The notes under the pieces were generated by a model that did not search any database, was not told the origin of the DNA, and worked only from the letters and a program-made list of their open reading frames with translations. A program made the translations under genes and the position numbers. A stretch of 64,000 nucleotides of DNA from Mobula hypostoma (Eukaryota), in the NCBI RefSeq assembly GCF_963921235.1, contig NC_086097.1, forward strand, positions 57,228,001 through 57,292,000. Direction: 5' to 3'. This document shows, in pieces, positions 24,802-39,000 of the stretch; position 1 is the stretch's first letter; each line of letters begins with the position of its first letter.

Positions 24802-24817
24802 AATAAATTGTAATAAA
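24802..24817 (+). terminator. Tandem polyadenylation signals, probable IRF2BPL 3' end
   Basis: AATAAA at 24802-24807 and 24812-24817, about 610 nt after the stop in an AU-rich UTR. An alternative AATAAA lies near 25560. Confidence 0.55.
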
Positions 24818-27800
24818 TTCAATGAATAAGCTCCCTGACTAGTCAATTTCTTTACAGACTACAAAGTTCTAATGCATATACTTGTGAGGGAAACTGGTTG
24901 TGTTTATTGCTATAATAATAGCATTTCCTTAAGATGTTAGAGAAGCCATTCTGATCAAATGCTATCATTCCAATATTGGCAACGAGCCCACTAACATTAC
25001 ATGACTGTTTAGGTGCAGTACTAACCTGCTGATTCAGGTTTTACCATTCATTTTTTTTATTGGATTAAATCCTCATGCCTTCTAGGTTATAATTTATTCA
25101 TTAAAACATGATCTTAAATAATTGTTCTTGGATTAAAGAAGCTTGATTGAATGTTACTTTGTTAGGACTAGCTATCTATAGTGGTCCAGATAATTGTTAC
25201 AAGATTGATCACAGATGGTAGAGTGAAAAAAAACTGTGACTTAGCTTGAACAGAGACAGCATAAACCCAGTTTCAACTGATAGGCACTTTGAACAGTTCA
25301 ATATTAATTGCAAATGTTCAAAAATTCTTCACACAAATATGAATAACAATTTTTAAACTAATGGGATTTTCCTCGCATCTACAATGTTGACATTGCTGGT
25401 AGGCTGTTATCAATTGTGTTGGTTCACACTATACCTATTAAATAACCTATGGTTAATGTTTTCTTAGTTTTGCATAGTGGAGTTTTTGTATTTGAACTGC
25501 ACTTTCTCTGAATATTAATATGTTTGAATTATTCTCAATTTTGAAAAGTTATTGACAAAAATAAAATGTGTGCCTATTGGCTAAATTAACTTGAGAGATG
25601 GAGTAATGTTTGGTATATTTTTAATTGAACCTGTTGTATCTCCAATCTTAAGTAAACTATCAAGATTTTATCACCTTTTAAATGAAATGTAGGGAAAATG
25701 TGAGAGTCCAGCATGTGATTTAATCTTAACTCACTAGAAATGTTTCTTCACTTGGCAGTTATACATTTTAATAGTCATAACTTTCTCAACTATGTTGCAT
25801 GCATTTCTGTCAGTGACTGACAAAGAAAAGTTCCTTGTAGCTGATGATATTTTTAAGGAATAACTAAATCTTTTGTAGATTTTTTAAAATTTGGAATTGT
25901 GCAAGTTTGTTTATTCAGCTGTTTTATCAGTTGTAGATTTTGAAGGCACAGAGTTAATCATGTTCATGTTTTACTTACAATTATTTTTAAAGTTATGGGT
26001 ATTTGAAAAGACATTGTAAACCTTGAACTTGGTTTGTAAAAAAAAAATTGCATGTTTCCAAGACCCATGGTATAGAGAATAATTACCACTAAGATCTTAA
26101 CCTGACACCAATGATCATTTTAAGTGTGTGTTTGCAAATTTTCTAGAGTTAATTGGGTAAAGGGACAGAGCCAAATGGGATGTGCCTTGTTTTTATTTCA
26201 CCTACTAAAATGTTTTCATTTTGTTATATAATAGCCCACTGAAACAGATCTTTAAAATTTTTTTAAAAACTGGTTCTCTCTCTATCTACTTAAGGTTTTT
26301 GCTTAGAGCTGTATAAGAACAACTTTTATTTTTAAGGTGAGTTAACACACCAAACTGTCCAAAGATGCATATACAAGAGTGTTGCTAAACAGGTATCAAG
26401 CGTAAGAGATGAGATGAGGACAGATGACACAGTGATAGATTTTAAGGGAAGAAAGTGATGCAGAAAGGTTTGAGGGGGAAATTGAGCCTTGGCATGGTTA
26501 CCATTGGTGAAGTAACTGCCTACAGTTGTTTTTAAACAAAGTAAGATTTGTACCTGCATCTGTGTTTTTAATGTATTCAGGATTAATCAGTACTTTTTTT
26601 AAATAGAAGCAGCTACATGCAGGAAATTACTTGCAGTTTTTGGAGAGTAATTTTTAAAAAATTAATGCAGAGTTTTAAAAATTTGAACAAAGACTTCTTG
26701 TGCTTATGTACATATATTTTCATTTGTTGTTCTCTTAAACATCGCTAAACAGAAAAATAGCAATCTGTATTTCCTTCCACGTGTAACATCGTGTTATGCA
26801 ATGAAATAGCCCATTACTCACCACAACACCAAAACAAATTCAAATGGAATACAAGGGGGCTACTTCTGTAGTATTCGATGTGGAAAAATGACCTGGTACT
26901 TACTGCATTGTAATTCAGATATGTAACCATGGAGCTTGTCGGAATCTAATAAGATAAATTTCTGTAGTGATTGATAATGGAAACTTAAAATTATCAGGAA
27001 AGAGTCCTATGGGAACAAAGTTGAAAATCAGCTTAAAAAAGATAAAGGTGAAGGAAGTAAATTTGATCATATTTGGCTATTTTAAGCTGTAAAAATATAT
27101 AAAAAAGGGCAATAACATTTTGTGAATTATTTCATGCACATGAAGTGGAAATGATGAGTGTGTTTAGGTCTTCAAGATTTGCTATGAATAAAACAGTTCT
27201 AATAAATACTAGTCCAGTTTAAATCAATAGCAGGTGAACTTTGTTTTATTAGTTCATTTGATCTGAGCATGGCCAGATCACCATTTATTGTTTGTCACTG
27301 ATCATGAATGAAATCGGGCATTTTGGAGAGCCACTACAGGTCAGGTCAGGTACACAGCTGTGCAGTTACAGTATCGGGTTTTGATGCTGTTGCTTTTGGT
27401 TTGTCAGTGCAGCAGTTGAATTTTCATGATAACATATTAATTTAATTATGGGCTGTACAATTGTAACTTTTTTTCAGATACCTATTTGTAAAGTCAATTC
27501 ATTCATAATTATAGCAATGAATAATAGGTTTTGAATTTGTGCCTCTATTTGTATTTTAGTAACAGTCAATACGATAGAATAATGATTAAGTTACTAGATT
27601 ACTACTTGGAACTTCTCACTTGATACAGAAGATTGAGTTAGAGTTTGTATTGGGGTTTGATACAGCTGTGGGCGATGAAAGGCTGGTGGATGCAACTAGG
27701 AAAATTAAATTTGAATAATTTGGATTGGTTCAGTAATCATGACTGTAACTTGAGTTGTCATAACATCCATCTGAATCACTAATGTCCTTTGGGGTAGGAA

Positions 27801-28324
27801 ATCTGCCATCTCTTTACCGGCCTATATGTAACTCTGGATGTAGAACAATATGGTTGACTCTTCAATTGAAGTGCCTAGACGACGGTATCGTATCATGTGA
27901 ACAAGCTTATTAAGTTATTTGACTCCAATGTATTTTAGAAATACAGAATAATATTTTTGTAAGAATGTGACATAATTATACTGCATATTCAGCCATAAGA
28001 AACTAGGAACTCTTGCAAAAGAGTTACCATGCAAGAACCAGTAAACAGTGCTGTATCAAGACCTATTTAATATGTGGAAGGATGTTATTTATATTTTTAG
28101 TTGATTATTAGGAATATCTGAAATGCCATGTTTATTAATCCTTGACTTTATTTTCTGTACGTTAAACTTTGAAGTATTTAACTTGGGTATAATTTCTGCC
28201 TAGTTTATGATTCTGCTTTTCCTACTGTTCAAGGATTGAGAATGTTGTCTATCAGCTTTTGCATTTTTAAATTTTAGCCCCAAATTATTCCAATTTTGAA
28301 AAATATTATTGTGAATTAGTAATA

Positions 28325-28562
28325 TGTGGTTAGTGCAACACTATTAGAACTCTGGCTTTGGAGTATAGTTCAGTTCTAACGTCATCTGTAAAGCGTGTAC
28401 GTTCTCTCCATGTGCACGTAGGTTTCCACAGTTCAAAGACCTACCAATTTGTAGGTTAATTAGTTATGTAAATTGTCCTGTGATTGGTTTAGGGTTAAAT
28501 TTGGGGTTGCCAAGGCTGTGTAGCTCAAAGGGCCTATTCCGTGGTGTATCTCTAGATAAATC
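28325..28562 (+). mobile_element. tRNA-derived SINE (V-SINE/HE1-like), decayed
   Basis: Core ..tgtacgttctctccatgtg..ggtttcc..ggttaatt..tgtaaattgtcc and a CR1-like tail gggcctattccgtggtgtatctct. Confidence 0.6.
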
Positions 28563-30721
28563 AATTTCTTTATTTGCATCTAATAAAAAGTAGAATAAAT
28601 GTTTTGGTGTTGTAGATATAACGCGTTTAGATTATCATTTGTTCTCCAACTATTCTCATTTAAGTAGATTAAATTGATTTTTGCAGTATTTACTGTGCAA
28701 GAAAAAATAATCCAAATACTTGGACTATTCATAAAACTGTTAAAGATGAGTTATTCTAAATCTGCTTGGAACTTGGAGCAATAGGAAACTAACCACGTGC
28801 CAGCTCTTTCCATGTAATTTTGTCATTGAGCTTTTTTCAGAGTTGGGTGGCTTATGAACAATGTTCTATGGAGACAAATCAGAGACGTAAAAGATTGCCT
28901 GCAGCTCCAAGTAAACCATTATTCTACAGGAACCTACATAACTGCTGATGTATTATGATTTATAGAAGCAGTGTTTTCAAAGTTTATGTATAAGGCAATT
29001 GCACTTAACGATCAGACCCAATAATTGAAACATCTTGCGTGTGGAATTCATTAAAATTTTGAACTAATAAGCACATTAAAGGTATTTCCTGAAAGCGCTC
29101 ATTTCCTTCTGTCTTCCTATTTCTGTTGAATGTACATGACTAGAAGTGTAATATTATTTATTGTTGCATTTTTAAAAAAAATTAATGAAATGGTGTTTTA
29201 ATTTTTTTCTTAAGAAATGTGCTCTCACCAGCAAATAACTTGACTGATGAGCAGCTTCTCATTGGGAACAGCACTGAGTGCAACTTCTATTGTAAATGCT
29301 TCATAAAGATTTAATTTGATGAACAAGCTTCTTGTTTTAACCAGAATAGAGTTAGACATTGTGGACTAATGGAGGCTATTTATGTGCAGTAATTTCATCC
29401 GTAGTGATACATTTATTAAACAAATGACTTTATTGTCTGTACCTATTTTTGATATTCTCAATGGCATTTTGGTACAGGTGGATATAGTTAGAAAGGTGTC
29501 TGGAGTTAGCATTTCATTAATGACCGTTTCCAACTGTAAAAAAAAACCCTTCCCTGTGCCATTTTAGTGATCATGTTACTAAATTAATGCATAAGCAAAA
29601 TGGCCACTTTTCCCTTCTTGGATATTACTTCACAGTAAAGTTTGGCATGGCCACTTGGGTGTATTTTCCAGATACTCTTAAGGTGCACAAATTATTAACC
29701 TAGTTTGCTGGAGGCCTACATGAGATTACTTTCTCAGCTGGAATTGACCCATGATGCATATGAAACTTGAAGCAAACTGTAGAAAAATCTTAAGATAATT
29801 CCATGTATTTTTTATTTAGCTATTTCAACACTTGCGCAGAAGTGGTTATGAAATGTATGACAGATTCTTTGGTGATTACCTACTTTCCAGTCTAAACATG
29901 GAAATTGGTGAATGCTGCTGAACACCAGCTACAAAACATAATAACATGTTAAGAGTTCTGTTTCATTAACAATATATAAAAATGGCATTTTCCAAGAAAG
30001 ATTTTCATCAAGTGGTAAATTTAGAGTTAAACTACTTGAGCTTTTGTCTTTTTATGAATAATTGCTTTCCAGAAGTACAGGTTATCCTTACAAAACAAAA
30101 AGTTAACCCTGTGGTCAATATATAAATGTTTATATTTTAAGGTTTCTTTCAAAGAAAGAAGAATCACTTTTTTTAATGCAGCAACCAACTTGTAACATTG
30201 AATAATTTCACCACTGGGGGACATTGTTGTTTCACCTTCTAGTAATGCATTCTGGGAAAGATACTAATTGTAGCCAGTTTGTGCTCGGCAGTCATACTAA
30301 TAAAACCTTCCGGAGAGTTTTGGCTTAAAAGCAAAACTATGAACCAGAATTCACTGTAATGTTTTAATGGCAAAGCCATGGAACATGAATAAACCCAGAA
30401 TGCACTGCATGAAGGAAGAGTAATGATCTCTGACTGCTGGTGAGAAAATGTAGCATTTGTAGCAGCTGATTCAGAAGACTTAAGGTGGTGATTAAGTATA
30501 TATGATTTTAAAAACAAAAATATGAAAAACTACAGATGTGTTAATTTTCCATTTTAACTTGATTATTAACCAATATTGCAATTCCAGTAACAGAAAAGTT
30601 ATAATTAGAGAGGGGTATAGGTTAGATTAAGAGTGTAAATGTTTTCATATACTGTTAATTACTGTACTGCCAGTAAACAAGTGCTGCATTTTAAGTGATC
30701 CATTAATGTTTAATAGTAGTA

Positions 30722-30985
30722 TTTATTTAATTATTTATTTATTGACATCCAATACCGGAATAGACCCTGAGCCGTGATGCCCAGCAATCCCCCAATTTAA
30801 TCCTAACCTAATCATGGGACAATTTACAATGACCAATTAACCTACGAACCGGGAGGTCCTTGGTAGGAAGGACTGTGGTAGGAAACTGGTGCACCCTGAA
30901 GAGATCCGCATGTGTCTAAATACAGGCAGCACTGGTAATTGAACCCAGGTCACCGGTACTGCGAAGCATTGCGCTACCATGCCGC
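30722..30985 (-). mobile_element. SINE of the same family, decayed
   Basis: gggacaatttacaatgaccaattaacctac is the reverse complement of the core, and there is a (TTTA)n tail. Confidence 0.6.
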
Positions 30986-30989
30986 TTAA

Positions 30990-31515
30990 TAAAAGAAAGG
31001 ATGTAATGCTGAGGTTTTTTTATGGCATTGGTCAGACTGCACTTAAAGCATTGTCAACAGTTTTGGCTCCTTGTCTAAGAAAAGATACGCAAGAGGAAGT
31101 TTATAAGATTGATTCCAGGAATGAAAGGATTAATGTGTGAGGAGCATTTGAATTCTCTGTGCCTATACTCGCTGGAGTTTAGAAGAATTGGGGAGGGGGG
31201 TCATTGAAACCGATCAAATATTGAAAGGCTGGGACTGAGTGGATGTGTCATAATGGGTGAATCTAGGACCAGAAGGCACAACCTCTGAATGGAGGGACAT
31301 TCCTATAGAACAGAGATGAGGAATTTCTTTAGCCGGAGAGTGAACCTGTGGAGTTCTTTGCCATTGGATATATTTAAAATGGAGAATGATAAGTTTTTGA
31401 TTAGTAAGGGCATCAAGGGTTATAGAGAGAAAGCAGGGAAGTAGTGTTGAGAGGAATGGCGAAACAGACTTGATGGGCCAAATAGCCTAGTTCTGCTCCT
31501 ATGTCTTATTGTCTT
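30990..31515 (+). mobile_element. Old CR1 3' fragment
   Basis: ggtcagactgcactt..cagttttggctcc (LVRPHLEY-like region) and a tail gggccaaatagcctagttctgctcctatgtcttat. Confidence 0.7.
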
Positions 31516-31871
31516 ATTCCATGGGATACCTAGCAAAATTTTGTAGCTTTGTGAAATTTGGCTTAGTTTAATAAGACTTATGATATCACATGTTTAATCT
31601 TTTCTCACAATTTATAGTCAAAAGCTACTTGTTGACTGCTCATTTAGGCTGTATTAGGCTAGAATTTGAATATATAGTGACAGTAGTACTATTGTGTTCA
31701 TTATTACGCTGAAGCGGACAGCAAATTTTTTAGATTCTTGTGTACTATATTTTGTTTAATTTGTAGTTTTGAAAGTTGATGTGAAATATTCAACATACCT
31801 TCACTAGCTACAGTCTCTACCTAAATAGCTTGAACTTCCTTCATAGCATGTTGCACCAGACAGTCAGCCAT

Positions 31872-32097
31872 TCTTGTCTGGCGTGTAGTGTCAGGATTGG
31901 TCTCCTTTTGGATTAACCGGGTCACGATATGAATGTTCTTGACTCGACCCTTGTTTTTTAAGAGGCCAAGTGGCTAGCTCGACGCTCAACCCGGCACAGA
32001 TGGAAAGTGTGCTCGGGGGGTGGCCAGACTTGGATTCGAACTTGGGAGCCTTCGCTCTGAAGTCTGGCGCTAATGTCACTGCGCCACCAGCCAGCCA
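31872..32097 (-). mobile_element. tRNA-derived SINE (second family)
   Basis: The reverse complement matches 60917-61185: ggctggtggcgca.tgacatt..gttcgaa..ctttccatc.gtgc.gggttgag. Confidence 0.75.
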
Positions 32098-34689
32098 ATA
32101 GCTTGAACTGATGTAAATGTATGGTTTTATCAAACTGGATCCTCTGCAGAATAACCCTAAAAAGTTAAATTTTTAATGTTAAAACAAAAATAACAACTGA
32201 ATAATCTGTCTGGTTCTGGTTTATTTTTTGTGTATTGTAATTGACATTTTGAAATTTAGGAACTGTAAAATCACTTTTGAGAAAATTTTGTTTATATTTA
32301 GCTTCTACTCTTATGCGTAAATGGATGCTCCAATCCCTGTAATCTTTCTGAAGTTTGTCTTCTATATGTAAGAATTAGTGATTGGCTGCTCAGCCAGCTT
32401 AATGACATCACAGTTGCTGGGTGTCTGGGATCATGTTGAAAACTAATCCTTGACAGTAATGGGTGTCAGGAAAGAATTTTTTGCTCCAGATCTCTGGATA
32501 CAATGAACAAAATAAAATGAATAAAATAAATTAATTGAACTGTTTAGTTTCTGAGACCGAGAGATTATTATAAAATCTTTTCAGTGGTCATAGGTATGCT
32601 TCCGAATGTAAGGAAAATCTGCCATTTAGTATCCAGAGGTCTGATTTTAGCAGATACCCTTTTTGGGAGGGAAAGGATGCTACCCATGGCCATTTTTAAA
32701 AATCGGGCAACAAGATTTGTTTTACTCAACTTCACTTGCCCCTACATTGAAATGTTCCCACAAACAATGGACTTGCTTTCAAGGACTCTTCCTCACGTGT
32801 TCTCTATTTATAGCTTATATATTTATAATTATTATTTCTTTTTGTATTTCCACAGTTGTCTTTTGCACTCTGAACACCCTAATTGGGTGGTCTTTCATTG
32901 ATTCTGTTGTTAATATTCTTATAGATTTATTGAGTATGCCTACAAGAAAATGTATCTCAGGGTTGTATATGGTGGTAACATATGTGTACCTTTTACTTTG
33001 AACTAATCTTTTGAAATCAAATCTTTCAAGAAGCAGAACTATACTAATTAAGTTATCCTAAAATCTATTATAGAATAAATTTAAGCAAAATATATAGGCC
33101 AGACAAGCAAAAACTTTTACAGCTTTGCAATAGCACACAATATTTTCTGAATGTAAAAGTATTGTATCTGGTTTTGGAAGTTTAAGCTGAAAAATCTGGA
33201 GTAGACATAACTTCAACTAATTTTGCTAGCTTACAAATAAAAGCCATTTCATTTATTTTATCCAAACGAAAATGATTTTGAAACATCTTAGTTGTATTTT
33301 CTATAAGTCTTTCTTTATCACTACTATATCATGAATTCATTCATCAATATATATCCTACATATTTCACTTGTATTATAGAAGGCTTTTAAGAAAAAGCTG
33401 TAAAAAAATATGTTCTCAATGAGATTTTATTTCTTGGATACTAAGAGCATGACTGTATGTTGTGTTTTTGGCCCAAAGCAGAATTACGTAGGAATGAGTT
33501 TGAGAAATATTTTCTGACTATTAAATTTGTTTTTCTTTGATCCTTTATGTGGACTACAGTTTGGAAATGGCTGTTTAGATAAGCAAGAAGATGATCTCAA
33601 TGCTTAGACAAAATTTAAGTTTTACTACCTGCATTAGTTTCTTGATAAATAATGATTAAAAACCTGATAAGGCAAATACAGGATATTGTTAGCCTGAATT
33701 GAAAGGTATTTTTGTATAACACCAAATCAGAGCTCTTCTATCGCTTTTATTTTGGAGTTCAATGTTTCAAGGATCCCCAAATATTGAATGGAAACAGTCC
33801 AACTCTGTGCAAAACTTTCCATTAGCTAATTGTTTATATTTGGTGAATGCTATAAGATATGCATGAAGTTGATGCTTCAATAAATGTCTGTCCAAGCCAA
33901 GCTCTTTTAAAGGGTGCTCTTTAAAAGGATGCCCATTAATTGAATCCCAGTGCCAAAAATAGTAAGTTTCTAGCTGGATTGTGCTTCATGAATATTCCCC
34001 CTTCTGTTTTTTTTGTATTTGTGCATCACAGTTATTTCTGCTTGGGAAAGGAGCTGTAGCATGCAGGTGTCTTAAGATGTCTTATTTATTTTCCACTTGT
34101 GTTCTTTTAGAAACAGTATATGTTATAGAAGTTAATATTTTGTAAATACTATGTATATTTTTGGCCTGCCAAGTTCTTCCAGCATCATATATTTTCTAAT
34201 TCCAGCATCCACAGTCTCTTTTGTTTTCAAAATATATTTCAGTTTTGGTGTAACACAAATTAACATTTGAAAGCCTTGCTGTGAATTGGATTCACTTCTA
34301 ATTGACTCTCTTGACATGTTGTGTAAGATCTAAGAGTTGACCAATTTATTTCTCTATCGTTATGTCTACTTTTGCTACAATCTTTGTCACAAGTTGCAAT
34401 ATATGTAACTGTAGCCTCATCACTTGGCCACAGCCTGAAATCTGAAATTTTGATTTGTTTGCAACATTTTCAAAATTACTTTGTCTTGTTTGTTATAACA
34501 TCAGAGGCTCTACCTACAGTACGCTGCTTACAGTAGTTTAGCCGTAGCGGTATAATTGCCACATGAAGTAAGGGGAGGTAAATCTGCAAGGTAAAGCTAA
34601 TTTATTCATAGTACTAATCCTGCATTTTTTAAAGAATTGTTATATGTTAATTTGTGCTGCACTAAAACTAAAATGCATTTTAATGACAA

Positions 34690-36240
34690 AAGAGACTGCA
34701 GATGCTGGATCTAGAGTAAAAGCAATGCTGGAAGACCTTGGGTCAAGCCCCATCTGTAGAGGCAAAAGGTCAAAGTTTGTTTCCAGTTGAGATCCTGCGT
34801 CAGGTTGGAGAGAATAGGAAAGATAACAGTGGGGAAAGTGGATGGGGTTGGTTGCTGATAGCTGGGAGCAGATGAGAAGGAGGTCATGCGCAGATGTAAT
34901 TAGGTGGGGTGAGGGGATGGGAAGAATGAACAAAGGGAGAATTAAACTAAGTGGGTAGGCAAGTGTATGTGGAAAGAGAGCACAGGGGGTGTGGGTTTCC
35001 TGAAAATGAAAAATTCAAGTCATACATCGGATTGCAAGCTACCCAAGTCAAATATGAGAGCTTCTTCTGATCTACATTTCACAACAAAGGAGATTGATGA
35101 CTGGCAGGTTGGTTTAGGAGTCTAAAGAGAGTCACAGTGACGTGACTGAAACATCGATATGGCTGCAGCAGACAGTGCTTGACAGTGCAAAGTAGTTGCT
35201 GGATATATATTTTGTTTCTACAACATGGAGAAGATCATGGGCACTAAAGGAAGTTGACCAGGTTGAAAGTGCAGGTGACACTATGCTTCACCTGAAAGTG
35301 CTGTTTCACCTGGATGGTTGTGATGGAGAAGGTGAAGAGACAGTTGTTGCAGCTTCAGGGGGAAATGGTGGAATTGCGAGAGGTGGCTGGAGAGAGATTA
35401 GTGGATTAAGGATTCCTGAAGAGCACTGTCAGTGCAGAAAGCGGATTGGGAGATTGGTTGATGCGGGTGCAGATGATGTGACCTGGTCGGATTGCATTGG
35501 AGCTGGCAGGAATGATGGGATGATCTATTGCATAAAGGAGGCAGGTAAGGTGAAAGGCAATCATATTGCTGTTCTTTCTGGGGAATGGTTGGGGTGGGGG
35601 AAATCAGAGCAGACATTTGGAGATTTGCTCTGACTTACTAAAATAAAAGAAGGAATGACATTGTTATCAGGGGTCTTGCATCCTTCCCACTTGCATTTGA
35701 CTTCATAGCCTGTGCCATGTCATTAACTTTCAAATTCTTGGTCCCACTGACTCATCTTAATCATAAATGTACAATCTCTGTACAATTCCATCCCCTATCA
35801 GAAAAAATCTTATGGTCCTGCATTCCTTTCTTCACCAAGACCCAACCAGCTCCCACTAACATCCTCATCAGTTATCCTTGCCTTCAACAATTTTTCTTTT
35901 AAATTCCTCCCATTTTCTATGATCAAAGGGGATAGCCATGAACTTCCAGGTGGGTCCTAGTTACACCTGTCTTGTTGTTGGCTTTGTGAAACAGATTGTG
36001 CTTCAAGCATGTTTTGGCAACCCACACACCACCCCCCAGCTCTTCTCTGCTGCATGAAATACTGCATTGGTGCAGAGCTCATCAATTTCACTACCTGGTT
36101 TGCCCTCATATTCATCTGATGTATATATGGTAGTTTTTCTGGATCTATCTCCAACTCAGGAGATGGACTTGTCACTGACGTCTATAAACCCAGCAGCTGT
36201 TACAGCTACCTTGATTATGTCTCCTGTATGCATGCCTTTC
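34690..36240. mobile_element. Old Penelope-like element with an inverted 5' segment
   Basis: 34690-35630 resembles the PLE 3' end on the minus strand (gctacccaagtcaaatatgag; degenerate hammerhead at about 34770-34805). 35920-36230 on the plus strand resembles PLE RT (KG-AM..GPSYTCL-VG, FLDLS, YKP..SYLDY). Confidence 0.55.
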
Positions 36241-38868
36241 CTTTTTTGCAACTTGTGTATTATTTGGTCCTACTTCCATACCAATTTTATATGTATATAA
36301 AAAAAAATGCTTGCAAACTGATAAGATAGCGACAGAATATGAGGATGTGTATTAAAAAAGTAGCAGAGGTTGGAAAAAAATGCAACTGTTGCAGTTTCTT
36401 TGCACAATTAATTTATTGAAATATGCCAATATTTCTTCAATTTGTGCAACACCTTTTCTGCCTTGCATTTTTGAGCGTAAAACTTAGGCTTATTTATAAA
36501 TTTTAGCTTTTTTACTTGTTCCAAAATGCTTTGCATTCGAAGTTTTGATCTTTCACTGAAGGTTGAGAGACCCTATAAAATTGCATGCAGTAGTTTTAGA
36601 AGCAGTAATATGATAATAAACTATTTTTGATTTTTGTTGAGAGATAGACATTGGCTAAATCACCTTGGAATATTCATCTACTGACCTCTTACATCTGGCT
36701 GAGGTGATTCAAGGGGCATTGTTTTAATGCCTTAGTTTCAGCACACTCTCAGTACAGCACTTGAGCAGCAATCTAGGTTGTGATATATTGTTATTAGTTT
36801 GCTTTACTATTCTTTTCCCCTCTCTTTTTGCCACATTTTGTTGCTTAACCTGTGAGGATGTATATAACTGCGGTGCAACCTGGCACATTTTTTTTTTCTG
36901 CTAATGGCAATTCCTTCTATGTAATTTAAAACTGGGACAGCAAAAGGAATGTCAAGGCATGTGGACACAGATGGAATTAACTATGCTTGACTGATACTGG
37001 ACTAGACGGTCATGTGATGTAGTTTTCATTCCCAGTGGCATTTCTGAAGGAGCAGTTGTTGTCAGTACATGCTGGATGTCTGTACTTCTGTAAATCAGAT
37101 AACAATCTATTATCATCAGCCCCCCTCTGTTGAACAAAGATGAATGGCTTGTGCAGTAGTCTACAACCATGCATGTACAGTAGTAACCTCAGATTTATTT
37201 CCTGGGTTTTAAAAAAAAATCAGAATTACTATTGGTATTAGTCTGTGTCACTTGGGGTTATCTACTGTGCACCAAGAATGAAGATAGTCTTTTAAATAGA
37301 GTCTGAGAACTCACAGATTGCTACCAGGGCATTAGAAATAACCAATGAAAGCAATTAAGCACTTTACTGGAAAAAATATTGGTTAATTTGAAGGTTTTTT
37401 ATTGTATGACTGATGTTGTTTTCTACCGTGCTGCAACAAAATGTGAAATATAATACTTTCAACTGGGTAAATGTTCAGTTATAGTGCTTAGACCATTTGC
37501 TTTATTGAGAAGAAGCAAAAGATAAATTTAATGGTAGATTTTTTATTCTGTGTATAAATGTATTAATAGAATAATGGCTGATTTAAAAAAAAACTGGTGA
37601 CAGAATGCTCATCAGATTTCAGAGCTCATTGGGTTTGATTATTCCAGTTTGCATAAGCAAACAGAAAATGTAATTCACTGTGAAGTTAATCTTAAGTTAA
37701 AATATTTAAAGCAGAAACATTAAATTGGAAGTGTTATTCACAAATTATTTCATTGTTAATTCATGTTTCTAACATCTTCCATGTTTGTATAGTATAAAGT
37801 GTAGAAACTGTAGAGCAGCTCTTTTGTGACTGCTATGCTGCGAAGGCTAATTCCATCGGTGGCTTTATTTTTAGCTGCTCTGTATTCTGGCAGCTGTTCT
37901 GCCTTTCATTTAAGTTGGCTTTTATTTCTGTGGCATGTGAGTAGAATACTGCACAGTCTGAGAAATTGATTATTCTGCAGAATGATGCAGTGGAGTTTCA
38001 AGTGCAGGATAGCTAGGTGTTGAATTTCAAAGATAGTTGTGCTAAACTGGCACACAGATTTAATGGCTTCTATTTTGCCCACCTTCACGTAATAAATATA
38101 TCTTACAAAAATGGGTAGATGGTTGTCAGAAAGAAATACTGTAGCATTTTTTTTTATGGTTTGGGTCGTGTTGGTGTTTACACAACACTTTTGAATCTTG
38201 TGCTCCCGTACATAAAGAAGTAAGCAAATGTATACTTCTGAAATGTCATTTGGTACAGGGTTTTAAATAGCAATGGTAATTGAACTGATACGTATAAATA
38301 TTAACAAGTAATGTTGGGACAGTATGAGATGCTGGTTACTGTATTCATGAATACTACCATATTATAATTAATTCCTGGTAATGTTTATCATCAGTAATAT
38401 TGATAGACACTTCTCTCAAAGCTATTACACAGAAATACATGGCTGTTTTTTTTGCTTGATCTAGATTTGAGATCAAGCACCATCTAAAAATACTAACACA
38501 TTTCTGCTGTATCATATACCAGCTGGGGAATCTAATCTGGAAATGTGTGATTTAATTCCCTAGTGCTGGTACATGGGAAGTAGACTTACAGGCTTTTATT
38601 TCACTCATCCTGACAGAAAACCTTTTCAATGCAGTAACGGGTATTGATTTGGGGCTTATTTCATAATTTTTTTGATAAAGGGAGAACTTTAGGGGGATAA
38701 AAAGATGCAACATTAAACACAACCATCAATGTTCTTACAATAGCAATAGACAATATGCTTCTGCAAATCCCATTAACACATTGTATATTTCTAAGAATGT
38801 AAGTCTAATATTCATTAAAATATTTAAAAGAACTGATTACACTAAGGTTAAAAGAACTGATTACACTA

Positions 38869-39000
38869 AGTCCTGATGAAGAGTCTTGGCCTGAAATGTC
38901 AACTGTACTCTTTTTCCATAGATGCTACCTCATCTGCCGAGTTCCTCCAGCAATTTGTGTATGTTGCTTGGATTTCCGGCATCTGCAGATTTTCTTGTTT
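38869..39000 (+). mobile_element. Short Penelope-derived element beginning at a hammerhead motif
   Basis: agtcCTGATGAagagtcttggcctGAAAtgtcaactgtac...gcatctgcaga, flanked by tgattacac on both sides. Confidence 0.75.
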
